In this document: one piece after another, positions 49,158 through 49,331 of the stretch
How the letters are laid out: every line of letters starts with the position of its first letter
How positions within the stretch are numbered: the first letter of the stretch is position 1
Assembly (NCBI GenBank): GCA_021850635.1
Contig: JAJZLM010000010.1
Location: forward strand, 1 to 49,331
Direction: 5' to 3'
Origin: Nanobdellota archaeon
Lineage (GTDB): Archaea > Nanobdellota > Nanobdellia > Parvarchaeales > Parvarchaeaceae
Length of the DNA: 49,331 nt
Position numbers and translations under genes: made by a program
Notes under the pieces: model-generated
The model's input: the letters and a program-made list of their open reading frames with translations, nothing else
The model's database searches: none
Told to the model about the DNA's origin: nothing

Positions 49158-49331
49158 CAAAGGTGAGCGGGAAAACCCACGTGCTTTAGCAGTGGGATGA
49201 AAACGAACTTAAAAATGGAAAACATAAATAGCAAGAGTGGTAAAATGGCAATATGTCGGCAGCATACAAATTTAGGTTGTATCCTAATAAGGAGCAGAAA
49301 GAAACATTCTCCAGATACTTCGGCTGCAGCA
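49158..49331 (+). mobile_element. Left end of an IS200/IS605-family (IS1341-like, tnpB-only) element, running off the window
   Basis: Subterminal hairpin CCCAC-G-TGC-TTTA-GCA-GTGGG (49176-49196) followed by a tnpB start; the boundary at 49158 is inferred. Confidence 0.8.
49253..49331 (+). CDS. tnpB: RNA-guided endonuclease TnpB, 5' fragment
   Basis: Hand translation MSAAYKFRLYPNKEQKETFSRYFGCS matches the IS605 OrfB N-terminal motif AYKFRLYP..EQ......FG. Confidence 0.88.
   Translation, partial: MSAAYKFRLYPNKEQKETFSRYFGCS

Noticed and set aside
1..49331. CRISPR array associated with the Cas4-like gene
   Set aside because: No regularly spaced repeat-spacer series seen; the only long exact repeats are inside coding sequence
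49215..49331. Alternative ORF from ATG 49215 (MENINSKSGK...)
   Set aside because: Different frame from the clear TnpB motif and no similarity to TnpA

Overview
Gene-dense, AT-rich archaeal chromosome segment. A fused PriS-PriL primase, archaeal TBP, RadA, AlaRS, IleRS and P0/P1 ribosomal proteins, DnaK/DnaJ/GrpE, and acidophile-type surface proteins point to a DPANN archaeon, best fitting Parvarchaeota (inference). It holds about 53 CDSs. Housekeeping content includes rpl1-rplP0-rpl12, tbp-VKOR-grpE-dnaK-dnaJ, ileS, alaS, nuoABCDHI, regulator-sufCBD, primase, dys, SSB, RPA, PMM, hppA and three intron-less tRNAs (His GUG, Phe GAA, Gln CUG). Two things the ORF track misses: a 37-codon DEDD exonuclease remnant (34530-34643), and the left end plus the tnpB start of an IS200/IS605-family element at the right edge, from which a TTAT target/TAM can be predicted. 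Best leads: (i) a Cys-rich HTH regulator with a palindromic operator heading suf; (ii) a divergent pyrD-like/pyrH-like/CYTH operon between tRNA-Gln and the IS; (iii) a possible VKOR + DUF929 disulfide-formation pathway; (iv) a complex I operon without antiporter subunits; (v) a catalytically dead site-2-protease-like protein; (vi) exact DNA repeats at module boundaries of a surface protein. No CRISPR array or rRNA was seen. All family calls come from motif recognition by eye, without database searches.
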